A DNA stretch of 64,000 nucleotides, from the IMG/VR virus record IMGVR_UViG_3300047564_005910, positions 48,317 to 112,316 of that record; one strand, 5' to 3'. The translations under genes were made by a program, and so were the position numbers. Each line of letters starts with the position of its first letter. The stretch's first letter is position 1. Positions 20,884-30,776 of the stretch are shown here, in pieces. This DNA comes from a virus. The notes under the pieces are model-generated. The model was given only the letters and a program-made list of their open reading frames with translations. It was not told the origin of the DNA and did no database searches.

Positions 20884-21438
20884 TTAGTTACCAGAAAATA
20901 CTGTTGGAGAAAGACTTGCTTGGGTTACTCTCCAGTATTGATAAGCGAGAACAGCGGGTACTGTTACAATTTGGCCGTTGTCGCCCATATTATATGTCGA
21001 CTCCCCAACACTTTGTACATATGCACCAACTAATGTATAATTACGAATTGGTTGCATTTGAGAATTTAGTAAAGCCATAATAATTGTTGAAGCAGGACCT
21101 GGTGTTTTGTAAGAACCGGTTGATGTAGAATCGTCAAATGTATTAAATGTAGCGTTTTCTAAAGCTATACGAATTTTATAATCAGAATCGCAACGGAATG
21201 TTACGTTATAGGCATCTGAGCCTGGATATGTAGCTGTACCAGGTACGTTAAACTGAAGCCCCATAAAGGGTACCGGGACGTTTGTTACTGCTCTCCCTGG
21301 TAGGTTTGCTGTTTCAAGGTATACCAACTCGTCATCGGTAAAATTAGTATTTGCTAATCTAATTAGACGAAATTGAAACTGACGTGCGAAGTCTTTGTCG
21401 CGCGCTACTCTATAGAAGTCTGAGATGTTTTGTGCCAT
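20884..21438 (-). CDS. gp19: Tail tube protein
   Basis: ANLPG...VPFMG...PG..TY...VTF...LAYQYW, the gp19 family; follows the sheath gene. Confidence 0.9.
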   Translation of the reverse strand: MAQNISDFYRVARDKDFARQFQFRLIRLANTNFTDDELVYLETANLPGRAVTNVPVPFMGLQFNVPGTATYPGSDAYNVTFRCDSDYKIRIALENATFNTFDDSTSTGSYKTPGPASTIIMALLNSQMQPIRNYTLVGAYVQSVGESTYNMGDNGQIVTVPAVLAYQYWRVTQASLSPTVFSGN

Positions 21439-21458
21439 ATGTTTTAATTATTTATTCT

Positions 21459-23888
21459 TTAAATCAATTCTTGGAAGTTTTGTCCAGTTCTTGTTGCAAT
21501 GAAGTTGACTAATATAAACTCAGCGGCGCGAACCGGCTTAACGTATATATCTACCGCCATTTCATTACGGTCTATTAAATCAGGTGTATTGTTTCTTTCG
21601 TCACAAACAATTAGGTAATCGTATAAACCTTGTGTTGTTTTTGCTAACTCAAACACTGGTATAATGTCGTTTACTAAACGGGTACGTGTAAATGCTGTAT
21701 TTGGTTCAAATACGTAGTATTTAACTACACTCATTACTGCTTTTTCTAAAACCAAGAACAAGCGACGTACATTAATTCTATCAAATGCTGATGGCTTGTC
21801 TTGTAGTGTTTTTTGCCCGAATACAACAAAACCATCTCCAGAGAAGAATACAACAGGGTTAACACCGATATTGTATAAGAAGTCTCTTTGCTTTTGATTT
21901 GGATTAAACGCTAAATCTATTGCATTATTAACAACGCCGCGGTTTAGGCCAGCTGGAGCAATCCATGGTTGAGTTGCAGCATCGGTACGGGCAATGACAG
22001 CAGCAGCATAAGCCGAGAACGGCATCCAGAATTGCTTGTCGGCATACGGATCATATGCTTTTACCCAGTTGCCATAAGCTACAGAATAGTTTGAATTAAT
22101 TCCAGCGTATAGATTCTTAAGAGGCTTAAAGATGTTAATAGAGAACGTGTTACCTCTGAATGCTAATGTCTTGGCATTTTCCCCGTTGACAAATATTTGT
22201 CTTAGCGGATCTGAAAGGAAGATACAATCTCTACGGGTATTTTCAACAAAGTTATTGAATACATTGAACATCGATCTCCATTTACCGATTAGTTGTGAAT
22301 CAGTTACAAAAAGATCTGATAAGTTTGCTGCTTTTTCATCATTATACCCTGTTGATGCAGATGCATTAGAATAAATTGTTGAAAGACCGGCGTCGCAAAC
22401 TACGTCAATAGCTGCGGTTTCTGTTGATTCAACAAGTGATAAAGCACGTTGAACTTTATCTACTACATTACCAATTTCTTTATTTTGAGTTCTATTAAAT
22501 ACAGGGTTATAAACACTACCTGTGAATAGTGCTTTGCCTTCTTGCTTAATACGTACAGCCGAAGCTGGGGTTGTTGAGTTAGGTACTATCCAATTGTCTT
22601 CAGCTACAGAAGGGTTAACGTATAATTTTAAGTTTGCAGAACGATCGTTAATAATATCTTGAATATAAAACGTACGCTCAATGCCACCTAAATCTGCAGC
22701 TGTTTTTCTATTCTTATTAAATGAACCAATCCATGACTCAGCAAGAGAAGCAGCTAATACTTGTGGTTCGTATATTGAGTTACGAACTTTAAATACAGTG
22801 ATTACGACACTATCGTTATAGTACGGGTTACTAAAGTTAAATTGTGGTATACCTTCAATTGTTTCCGAAATACTATTAGATCCTTGCTTTGTAAAGTCAG
22901 CTGATAAAGCGAAACTTAAGCGATCCTGGGTGACCTGTGCAAATTTGTTGGTACCTGTTAAAGCAAATATTTGAGAAGCAGCTGTAAAATTAGAATCAGG
23001 GCCAAACTCTGAGTTATCAGAGATGTTTACATAATATCCTTCAAATGCTTCATTAATGGTTGTTTGTCTTTGGTTAAGAATTATTAACCCAGCATTTACT
23101 TCGTTAAGATTTGGATCATAATTCGGTGTACCAGCTACCGTTGTTTGTACTGATGATGTACCAATAGAGAACGATACTGATGAATTGTCTGCATCTAAGC
23201 TGTTGATCTGATATGTATTTGGTGTTGGGTCAATTGAAAAGGCGGGTGTGCTGCTTGAAAATACAACAATGTTACTAGGTATTACCCCAGTTAATTGATT
23301 AGCAATTGTTTTGTTTTCATCATTAACTGTAGATGTTGCTGATACCGCAAGGTTAGTTAATGTGTTTTTTATGAAATTGACAACTATACTTGTCGAAGAT
23401 GTTGGTACTGTGACAGATACGTTTTGATACGCTGTTACTGTTGTTGTTGAAGTGGTCGTTGAACCAGTACCAATCCATTTAATATTACCTTGTACAAAGT
23501 TATTATACTCAGTACCGTTCAAGTTAATATGCTTGGGGGCACCGATATTGTATGAACTTACTGACTTAGTAACCGGGTATAGTAGGGCGCTATACTCAGA
23601 TGAAAAAACTTCCCCGGAGCCAGAGCCATAAGGTAAACGAGTTGTTAAAAGAGTTGCTGGAGAATTTAATACTTCTTTACATGAATGATAGAAATATCTT
23701 TCAGCTGCGGTTTGGGGCTGACCGTAAATTTGTTCAAACTCAGAAATTGTTGTAACGAGGTTTACTTCGTCAGTAGGCCCTTGAGCAGCGAAACCCGCTA
23801 TATAGACATTAGTTCCACCACCAACCTGTTGGTTAAATGATAAATCTGTCTCTGTGATCTGTACACCTGGTGAATTTATTACTCGCAT
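21459..23888 (-). CDS. gp18: Contractile tail sheath protein
   Basis: SPGVQITETDLS, PWIAPAGLNRG, FGQKTL, FDRINVRRLF, FEPN and KPVRAAEFI. Confidence 0.97.
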   Translation of the reverse strand: MRVINSPGVQITETDLSFNQQVGGGTNVYIAGFAAQGPTDEVNLVTTISEFEQIYGQPQTAAERYFYHSCKEVLNSPATLLTTRLPYGSGSGEVFSSEYSALLYPVTKSVSSYNIGAPKHINLNGTEYNNFVQGNIKWIGTGSTTTSTTTVTAYQNVSVTVPTSSTSIVVNFIKNTLTNLAVSATSTVNDENKTIANQLTGVIPSNIVVFSSSTPAFSIDPTPNTYQINSLDADNSSVSFSIGTSSVQTTVAGTPNYDPNLNEVNAGLIILNQRQTTINEAFEGYYVNISDNSEFGPDSNFTAASQIFALTGTNKFAQVTQDRLSFALSADFTKQGSNSISETIEGIPQFNFSNPYYNDSVVITVFKVRNSIYEPQVLAASLAESWIGSFNKNRKTAADLGGIERTFYIQDIINDRSANLKLYVNPSVAEDNWIVPNSTTPASAVRIKQEGKALFTGSVYNPVFNRTQNKEIGNVVDKVQRALSLVESTETAAIDVVCDAGLSTIYSNASASTGYNDEKAANLSDLFVTDSQLIGKWRSMFNVFNNFVENTRRDCIFLSDPLRQIFVNGENAKTLAFRGNTFSINIFKPLKNLYAGINSNYSVAYGNWVKAYDPYADKQFWMPFSAYAAAVIARTDAATQPWIAPAGLNRGVVNNAIDLAFNPNQKQRDFLYNIGVNPVVFFSGDGFVVFGQKTLQDKPSAFDRINVRRLFLVLEKAVMSVVKYYVFEPNTAFTRTRLVNDIIPVFELAKTTQGLYDYLIVCDERNNTPDLIDRNEMAVDIYVKPVRAAEFILVNFIATRTGQNFQELI

Positions 23889-23926
23889 ATTATTGTAATA
23901 TTATTTATTCTAAATCAGGTACTTTT

Positions 23927-24538
23927 TTAATTCTTTGATAGAAAAACATCTAATTGCCCAAATGTAAACTCAACACTAGACTCTAAAATTTCAGAATCTC
24001 TGTAATTGTAATTAATACCGGCTAAATTAGTTATAAAGGCATTATAATAGCGGAATTCGATTGTTCTTTGATTGTATTCGTTTAAACCTATAACTGAAAG
24101 TATAGTTTGATACTCTGTCAAAAGACCGTTACGGCTCACACTGTCACTATCTAACGGCTTCATTGAAGTTGGTGTTTTAACGTCGTAAATACTTTCTCTA
24201 GGGGTATTCATTAAAGCTAACCATTTCCATAAAACCCAGTAATTTTTAAACTGATTATCAATAATAAAATTAACATTTAGTGGAGGGTACGCCGGACGAG
24301 AATGACTAGATATATTGACACTTTGACCTGCAAAGCGTAGTTCTACAGGGGGCACGCTAATAGGGGGCACGATCCCTCCGTATATACTAAGTTGTACTGA
24401 TTCTAAATCTAAATTTTTATCTGTTATAGCAGCATCTTTAAAAATTTTTGGTAAATTAAAGACTAGTAAAAATTTATCTTTACTCGGGCGGTTAAGATTC
24501 GACTGCAGCGCTGGATTTTCTAAACATTCTTCGGCCAT
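23927..24538 (-). CDS. gp3: Tail tube terminator (gp3-like)
   Basis: PLNVNFIIDNQFKNYWVLWKW and FRYYNAFITNLAGINY; likely start MAEECL at 24538. Confidence 0.7.
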   Translation of the reverse strand: MAEECLENPALQSNLNRPSKDKFLLVFNLPKIFKDAAITDKNLDLESVQLSIYGGIVPPISVPPVELRFAGQSVNISSHSRPAYPPLNVNFIIDNQFKNYWVLWKWLALMNTPRESIYDVKTPTSMKPLDSDSVSRNGLLTEYQTILSVIGLNEYNQRTIEFRYYNAFITNLAGINYNYRDSEILESSVEFTFGQLDVFLSKN

Positions 24539-24539
24539 A

Positions 24540-26306
24540 TTATAAAGGTTTAAACCCAAGAGATAATAAATCATCAAAATCGCTTGTGTTGTACATATTA
24601 TTTAATTCTTCTTCACTTATAAGTGGGGTGTAGCCTGTAGGGTCTGTTTCTTGATTTTTATTTTCTAAAACCTTAAAATTGTTTAAGTCTTTTAAAATAT
24701 ATAAACTTGGATCAGGATCGTAAAAATCACCAGGTAGTATTTTTAACGGTTTACCCTGATCGTCAAATTCCTCAACATTAAAATACTGCTGACATAAATC
24801 AGGTTCTAGTATAAAAAGAGCCCAGTTAAGAGCCATAACTCTATCGTCATAAAAATTATCATTCTTTTTTCTATATGTACCGTTTGGGTACCGAACAAAA
24901 GTTTCTAACTCTTTTATTGTTTCAATGTCATGTACAAAAACAGCTTGAATAAAGTTTAACCAATAGCGCATATTTGCAACGCTTGAAAATCTTAAATTGT
25001 TGTGACTGTAAACTCCTAAATGTCTCGTGTTTGCATATGACCCTGTATTGGCTAACTTAGAATAACAGACAATTTTTTCATATTCATGTTTATGAAACAA
25101 AGCATCAATAACTTGAGCGCCACAGTTATTGCGTTCAATTATGATTGGTGGGCGTCCCCAAGAGTTTAATATAACATTTAGTTGGTTGGCAAAATAGTAC
25201 GGTTCAATAATACTAGTACTATAAACACCAACTTGTTTTATATCTGTTAAATCCGTAATATCTAAAATTTGTACAACAGAAGCGGCGCGACCAATCCCCT
25301 CCCCGACATCAACCCCAAAAATGTAAAGTTTTTTTGGATCCGGCATTTCAAAAACTTTATAACTTTTGTTTTCGTTTTCCCAAATGGGTGGCTTACGCTG
25401 CTCTTTAAATCGTTCAATAACTGCAGCGCCAACCGCTGAGCTACCCTCATCTAAAAACGTGTTACCAAATTCTTGTTGAAAGCCTTCTTCAGAACCTAAA
25501 GCAGCTACCATCTGTTTACGCCACTTTTCTGTACGACCAGGTACGTCCCACCAATCAATTCTTTCAGCATGCCATCCGTTTGTGCCCTTTTCAGCGCCAG
25601 AATAAATTTCATAAAACTTATTACCAACACCGTTTGGCGTACTGACCATAAAAATTTTTGTTTTCTTACCAGATGAAATGATCGGTATAACGGATTTCCA
25701 AAACTCGTCCATAAAGTTAGGCTCAATAAACGCAGCTTCGTCAATGATTAGAATTGAAGCTGTGTCGCCACGAGCAGCAGTTGATGTTGTTGTACTAATA
25801 CCAATACTTGAACCGTTTGCAAACGTTACACCTGTTTTACCATATTCTTTAACACCAGGCTTAAGATAGTTGGGTAACATTTCATATGCTAAACGAACAC
25901 GTTTAAAAATATTAATAGCTGTACTTTCTTTGTTGGCAACAATAATAACTCTTTGATCGTCAAAGAAGCATGTGTTCCAAAGTGCGTAGATAGTACTAAT
26001 TGTTGTCTTACCGCATTGACGTGAGGCTAATACGCAAACAAACCTATTCTCAGATAAGCTCTTTAACGCCTTTTTTTGAGCTTTATAAAGTTCAATTTTT
26101 ATTTTACCAAGATCTAAGTTAACTATATAGAAATGATTTTCCGCAAAGTGTACAATATTTTCTTTACACTTCTTTAACTCTTTGACCATTTTCGGAGTCC
26201 ATTTAAACTCCGCATCTTCATTAGGTAAATTTTTATCTCCCCGATAAAAATGTGAATCACTTACTGGGTCGTTAATTATGTCGATGTCTTCTGTATTATC
26301 AGGCAT
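24540..26306 (-). CDS. gp17: Terminase large subunit
   Basis: ASRQCGKTT Walker A, LIIDEAAF Walker B, STPNG, FQQEF, nuclease GVDVGEG and DDRVMA. Confidence 0.97.
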   Translation of the reverse strand: MPDNTEDIDIINDPVSDSHFYRGDKNLPNEDAEFKWTPKMVKELKKCKENIVHFAENHFYIVNLDLGKIKIELYKAQKKALKSLSENRFVCVLASRQCGKTTISTIYALWNTCFFDDQRVIIVANKESTAINIFKRVRLAYEMLPNYLKPGVKEYGKTGVTFANGSSIGISTTTSTAARGDTASILIIDEAAFIEPNFMDEFWKSVIPIISSGKKTKIFMVSTPNGVGNKFYEIYSGAEKGTNGWHAERIDWWDVPGRTEKWRKQMVAALGSEEGFQQEFGNTFLDEGSSAVGAAVIERFKEQRKPPIWENENKSYKVFEMPDPKKLYIFGVDVGEGIGRAASVVQILDITDLTDIKQVGVYSTSIIEPYYFANQLNVILNSWGRPPIIIERNNCGAQVIDALFHKHEYEKIVCYSKLANTGSYANTRHLGVYSHNNLRFSSVANMRYWLNFIQAVFVHDIETIKELETFVRYPNGTYRKKNDNFYDDRVMALNWALFILEPDLCQQYFNVEEFDDQGKPLKILPGDFYDPDPSLYILKDLNNFKVLENKNQETDPTGYTPLISEEELNNMYNTSDFDDLLSLGFKPL

Positions 26307-26316
26307 GCATAGTTAA

Positions 26317-26715
26317 TTATGAGCCTTGACCACTATTTAACATACCAATAAGTGTAGATCTAATATGCTCTATAAGAGCATCTTTATCGTGATGATTTTT
26401 TGCATGCATAATGTGCACTTTTTCCCCGTTTAAATCGTAACCTAAAATTACATATGCTCTTAAAAACTCTTCGCAAATATTGCTTAAATGTTCAAGATCT
26501 TTTAATTTATTTTGTTTTAAAGTTGTTACGTCGTAAAAACGTAAAAATGCTTGCTTAATAACTTCATCAACGTCCGGGGGTATCGGTATTTGATTTATAT
26601 CTTCAACATTGACAGAACTTAAATTTACACCACTTAATCCAACAGAAATAACTGGCGCCTTTTTTAGGCGAGTTTTTTTCTTTTTTTTCTCGGGTTGTTT
26701 ATCTTGTCGTGGCAT
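26317..26715 (-). CDS. Hypothetical protein with basic N-terminus
   Basis: 132-aa ORF; TAAATA 7 nt upstream; precedes the terminase. Confidence 0.6.
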   Translation of the reverse strand: MPRQDKQPEKKKKKTRLKKAPVISVGLSGVNLSSVNVEDINQIPIPPDVDEVIKQAFLRFYDVTTLKQNKLKDLEHLSNICEEFLRAYVILGYDLNGEKVHIMHAKNHHDKDALIEHIRSTLIGMLNSGQGS

Positions 26716-26725
26716 AAAAAAATAT

Positions 26726-27052
26726 TTATTTTGTTTTATTTGTGTAACTTTCTGCTTTATTGTTTATGCCAAACTTTACAAGATAACTAATAATGACTTC
26801 TGCAGAGTCTGTTTTAACTTTTAACCGTCCTGGTATAAACTGACCTCCATCATACAACTCTATAGACGACTCTCCGACGTAAGGGTCGTTTAAGTAACAC
26901 GTACAAAATATGGAGGCTCCTTTAGGGTCAATTACAATTGTCCAAACTCGTGAGTCTGCATTACTGTATTCTGTAAAAAGTTTATGAGCGTAGTAACCGC
27001 TATCCCGTAAACGTTTTAGAAAATAACCTAGGGTTGTTATCTTATTTGACAT
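26726..27052 (-). CDS. Hypothetical protein
   Basis: 108-aa ORF co-oriented and tightly packed with neighbours. Confidence 0.6.
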   Translation of the reverse strand: MSNKITTLGYFLKRLRDSGYYAHKLFTEYSNADSRVWTIVIDPKGASIFCTCYLNDPYVGESSIELYDGGQFIPGRLKVKTDSAEVIISYLVKFGINNKAESYTNKTK

Positions 27053-27080
27053 ATATACTATTATCTTATACTACAAGAGT

Positions 27081-27818
27081 TTATTTTACAAGGGCTGATA
27101 TAATAAATTTAGTGTTTATTAAGCTTGTATAATTTTCAAATAACAGTATTTTAAGGTTGTTGTTTATTTTTACTAAAAATTGCTGTTGGCCTAACCCGCT
27201 TAGCACCCGGAAGTTTTCTAAATTTAAAGGTATGTTATCTGTTATCTCTTTACCGTTATATTCATTAGTTATGAGGTATGTAATATTGTTAACGTTTTGT
27301 CTTTGATGGTCGTTAAGCTCTGCGTATACTTTCTCCTCCCGGGTAAAGAAATATAATTTGTCTGTATCAGTAGCTATAGAACTACCTTTTAATATTTCGT
27401 TAAATTTTGTATTTGTTAATTCAAACTGACTATCAAACTCTAACTGTTGTATTTTTTGAGGATTAACAGGACTTTTTTGTATATAACTATCATCAATTAA
27501 GAAGTAGTTAAACTTTAACCCCGCTGTATCATATTTTAAAGAGTTGTTTGTAACAGTTAGTGTAATCTCAGGCTGTTCAACACATTCAAGTAAACGAATA
27601 AACTTCTTTATATCAGGTATGTTTAACTTGGGCACGTTTAAGCTACCTGTTTCAACTTTATACTCAGCGTATAAAACTACACTACCGTCGTTTGAATTAC
27701 ACGTAGTATATATTTTGTTTGTATCAATACAAAGAGAGGCATTATCTGTTAATTTACTAACAGGTAACAAAAATTGCCGTAAAAATATATCTTTACTAAA
27801 TGTTATTTTTTTATCCAC
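27081..27818 (-). CDS. gp45: Sliding clamp (gp45/PCNA-like)
   Basis: 245 aa, beta-rich; LNIPDIKKFIRLL, FELT...FNEILK and C-terminal FIISALVK pattern; GTG start; the genome also encodes gp44 and gp55. Confidence 0.7.
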   Translation of the reverse strand: MDKKITFSKDIFLRQFLLPVSKLTDNASLCIDTNKIYTTCNSNDGSVVLYAEYKVETGSLNVPKLNIPDIKKFIRLLECVEQPEITLTVTNNSLKYDTAGLKFNYFLIDDSYIQKSPVNPQKIQQLEFDSQFELTNTKFNEILKGSSIATDTDKLYFFTREEKVYAELNDHQRQNVNNITYLITNEYNGKEITDNIPLNLENFRVLSGLGQQQFLVKINNNLKILLFENYTSLINTKFIISALVK

Positions 27819-28180
27819 TCTAGAACGCTTTCTGCAATAGTTTTAAGACTTTTATCTATAGATAGTATAGCGTTTTTTATGTCAGTATCTACTAAAGTTT
27901 GAGATACTGCGCTAGTTTGTACAGGTTGTACAGGCTGTGGCTGCACAGGGGTAGGTTCTGGTAGCGGGTAGAGTTGCTCAGCAAGACGATTTTGCTCTTC
28001 TATTATTCGAGCTTGTTTTTGTTGTTGAATTTGTTTAACACCAACTAAAAAGTCTTGAGGGTTAATTCTTGTTGCAGGACCGTTACTGGATTGCTGTACA
28101 GTATATTGATCTACTTCTTTTAAAGTACTTCCTGCTAATTTAGCAACCATAGCGGCTGCAAGTTGTTCGTCAAATGTCAT
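27803..28180 (-). CDS. Hypothetical protein (Q/P-rich)
   Basis: 125-aa ORF between folE and the clamp. Confidence 0.6.
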   Translation of the reverse strand: MTFDEQLAAAMVAKLAGSTLKEVDQYTVQQSSNGPATRINPQDFLVGVKQIQQQKQARIIEEQNRLAEQLYPLPEPTPVQPQPVQPVQTSAVSQTLVDTDIKNAILSIDKSLKTIAESVLEWIKK

Positions 28181-28188
28181 AATTTAAT

Positions 28189-28842
28189 TTAGGCTTTTTT
28201 ATCTTGTTGTGCAAATTCTACAAATTTATAAAACTCAGCACGAGATTGATCGCTTTTATCTAAAAACGCCCCTGACATTCTTGCAGTCCTCATAGTACTG
28301 TCATGCTTAATACCGCGATTCGAACAACAGGTATGATTAGCTTCTATTAATACAGCAACTCCTTTATTCTTTTCGCAGACTTGATCAATATACTGATGAA
28401 TCTGCATTGTAAGATTTTCTTGGACTTGAGGTCTACGTGAAAACCAATCAACGATACGGTTTAGTTTAGACAAACCAATAACCTTACCCGTCTTTGAAGG
28501 AATATAAGCAACGTGTGCTACCCCCATAAACGGTGCGTGGTGATGGGAGCACATCGATACTACCTTAATATTATTTTGACAGACCATACCATCATAACCA
28601 TCTACATTAGCAAAAGCTGTTACTTTGGGCGGAGCAGTATAACACCCCATCGCTAAATCTGTAACAAACGCCTTAGCTACACGACGAGGCGTATCGGCAC
28701 TATTCGGGTCATTACGCCAATCGAAGCCGAGAGCGTCTAAATATTGTTCGTATGCCTGAGCTCCCCTTGATATTAATTCTTCTGTTTCTTCTGGTGTATG
28801 AACTATATTATGATTAGCGTATTGTAGTTTTTTTCTAGACAT
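28189..28842 (-). CDS. folE: GTP cyclohydrolase I
   Basis: [32 protein letters not shown] and HTCCSNRG Zn-binding motifs. Confidence 0.96.
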   Translation of the reverse strand: MSRKKLQYANHNIVHTPEETEELISRGAQAYEQYLDALGFDWRNDPNSADTPRRVAKAFVTDLAMGCYTAPPKVTAFANVDGYDGMVCQNNIKVVSMCSHHHAPFMGVAHVAYIPSKTGKVIGLSKLNRIVDWFSRRPQVQENLTMQIHQYIDQVCEKNKGVAVLIEANHTCCSNRGIKHDSTMRTARMSGAFLDKSDQSRAEFYKFVEFAQQDKKA

Positions 28843-28845
28843 ATA

Positions 28846-29763
28846 TTAAAGAGAAGCTAAAAGTTCTTTGAGTTTTGCGTCAGTGTCATCAGTAGCTGGT
28901 TTATCTTCAGCTATTTCAGTTTTCGAAATAGCGGGTTCTGCAGTTGATGAACTCTTAATACCTTCAAATATATTTTGGAGTGCTTCGTCTTTAGTTGGCT
29001 TACTAATAGGGGTAATGAGTTCTTCATCATTATCATCTTCAGTATTAACGTCTTGTACACAGAAGAAGTGCTGTTCAAGCATTCTTTGAAGTTCAGCCTG
29101 AGTCTTTGGCTTAAAAAACTTATCAAGCTGATGTACACTGCTATAAATCGTATCTAATTTTTTAGCATCTAAGCCTTCAATCGTTGAAGGAGAAGTAAAT
29201 TTAGAAGATGTGTATGTTGGCAGCCCACCTTTACCTAGTCCGCTGGCAGCACGGGCTTCGCACTTAATTCTTAAGTTACATCCATTAGCTAGATCAAAGA
29301 TCTTGACACCAAACTCTTCGGCATCATCTCCGTCAATTGCACTATTGATAATTTTAGCTAATTCCCGGCCATAGCGAATAATTTTAACCTTACCTTCATT
29401 TTCAGGATTAGTAGGATCGGAAATAACATAAGCGTTTACTAACCAGCTTTCTTTACGAGCAATAGGCTTTACCTTTTCTTTTTCTTCAGCGCTGCCAGTT
29501 CTAAAGTTTTTAATAACATGAGAGTCAATCGGGCAAGATTCTCCGTAAGTAGTCGGACACAAGCACGTAACAAACTGACCTGTGCAAAAACTGTTCCAAC
29601 TATGGTGATAGTAATGGTACAAGGTACGAGCTGGTGCGTCAACATTAGGTACAAGACGAACAATGTAAGTCTTACCTGTTTCAAATTTCATTACGTCCTT
29701 AAACGGACTTTCTGATTTAGTGGATAGAGATGCTTTAATTTCGTTAAAGATATTTTTATTCAT
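28846..29763 (-). CDS. gp32: Single-stranded DNA-binding protein (gp32-like)
   Basis: IVRLVP, H-C-C Zn ligands (CLCP..CPI), DPTNPENEGKV and an acidic C-terminal tail. Confidence 0.85.
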   Translation of the reverse strand: MNKNIFNEIKASLSTKSESPFKDVMKFETGKTYIVRLVPNVDAPARTLYHYYHHSWNSFCTGQFVTCLCPTTYGESCPIDSHVIKNFRTGSAEEKEKVKPIARKESWLVNAYVISDPTNPENEGKVKIIRYGRELAKIINSAIDGDDAEEFGVKIFDLANGCNLRIKCEARAASGLGKGGLPTYTSSKFTSPSTIEGLDAKKLDTIYSSVHQLDKFFKPKTQAELQRMLEQHFFCVQDVNTEDDNDEELITPISKPTKDEALQNIFEGIKSSSTAEPAISKTEIAEDKPATDDTDAKLKELLASL

Positions 29764-29775
29764 ATTGTTGTTATA

Positions 29776-30441
29776 TTATACTTTGTATTTTTTAGAGTTC
29801 AACTCTCGATCTACAAATAGTTTAACCTTTATAAACGCTTCCTTAAGGAATGGTCTTAGTATTTTGCTACTCATATAACGAGTTCTGTATTCTAAAAAAT
29901 TTGTTCCAAAATTACCTAGTAAGAGTTCTTTTTCTTCGCTCGGTATATCTTGTATTATAGAGTAAATGTTAGGAAACTCCATCATTGTATAAGCATTTAT
30001 TTTTCCGTGTTTAAAATGGTACGTCCATTCCGGTTCTAAATTACTTGCTCTAAAAGTTGAGTAGTCTTCGAAGTTTATTTTATTATCCAAACAAAACTTT
30101 GTAACAACACTTAATGACTCTTTTACGTTATTGAGTTGTGTGTCAGGTTGCGTTTCTATTAACTGTTTTTTATAGATTGTATATGTTTTTACAGCGCGAA
30201 GAGAAGCAAAATACGTTAAATCAAAATATTGAACATCAGTATATAGTTTATAAGGCGCAGAAAAATATATCTGCATATCAACGTCCTTATTACGTGTAAA
30301 AAAATTGTATAGACGTTTTAAAGATAGAGCCTTACTTGGCTCTAGGTTACTAAAATCATTTTTAAGCTTAAAAGGTTTATTGCGGAGGGAACGAGAAACT
30401 GCTAGGTGAGTGTTATATATGCGTTTTTCAAGTTCGGTCAT
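29776..30441 (-). CDS. Hypothetical protein, possibly helicase loader (gp59-like)
   Basis: 221 aa, basic/aromatic, adjacent to gp32 as gp59 is in T4; the functional call rests on synteny only. Confidence 0.4.
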   Translation of the reverse strand: MTELEKRIYNTHLAVSRSLRNKPFKLKNDFSNLEPSKALSLKRLYNFFTRNKDVDMQIYFSAPYKLYTDVQYFDLTYFASLRAVKTYTIYKKQLIETQPDTQLNNVKESLSVVTKFCLDNKINFEDYSTFRASNLEPEWTYHFKHGKINAYTMMEFPNIYSIIQDIPSEEKELLLGNFGTNFLEYRTRYMSSKILRPFLKEAFIKVKLFVDRELNSKKYKV

Positions 30442-30745
30442 TTTTAAGTGATTTCTTAAATAGTCTTTTTGTATTCTTTGATTTTATAAGGGAAGGATAA
30501 AAATGCAATAAATTTAATAAAGATTCTTTTTCACTACTGGTACCTGTTATTTCAACAAACAGCTGTCTTAGAGATAGACTTTCTAAAACTGATGTAAAAA
30601 GAAAAACAGGGTTTATTTTTTTATTATTAATAATACTTAAAAACGAACCAAAGTTTAAAATGTTTAAAGCTACTTCTTTGTTGTAGAGCTGTCTTATAGG
30701 ATCACTTTGCTCTAGAGCATTTAGTACTACTTTATCATTAAGCAT
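30428..30745 (-). CDS. Hypothetical protein
   Basis: 105-aa ORF overlapping the next gene. Confidence 0.55.
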   Translation of the reverse strand: MLNDKVVLNALEQSDPIRQLYNKEVALNILNFGSFLSIINNKKINPVFLFTSVLESLSLRQLFVEITGTSSEKESLLNLLHFYPSLIKSKNTKRLFKKSLKNDRT

Positions 30746-30776
30746 ATAAGTTAATTACTTATATACTGAGCTATAA

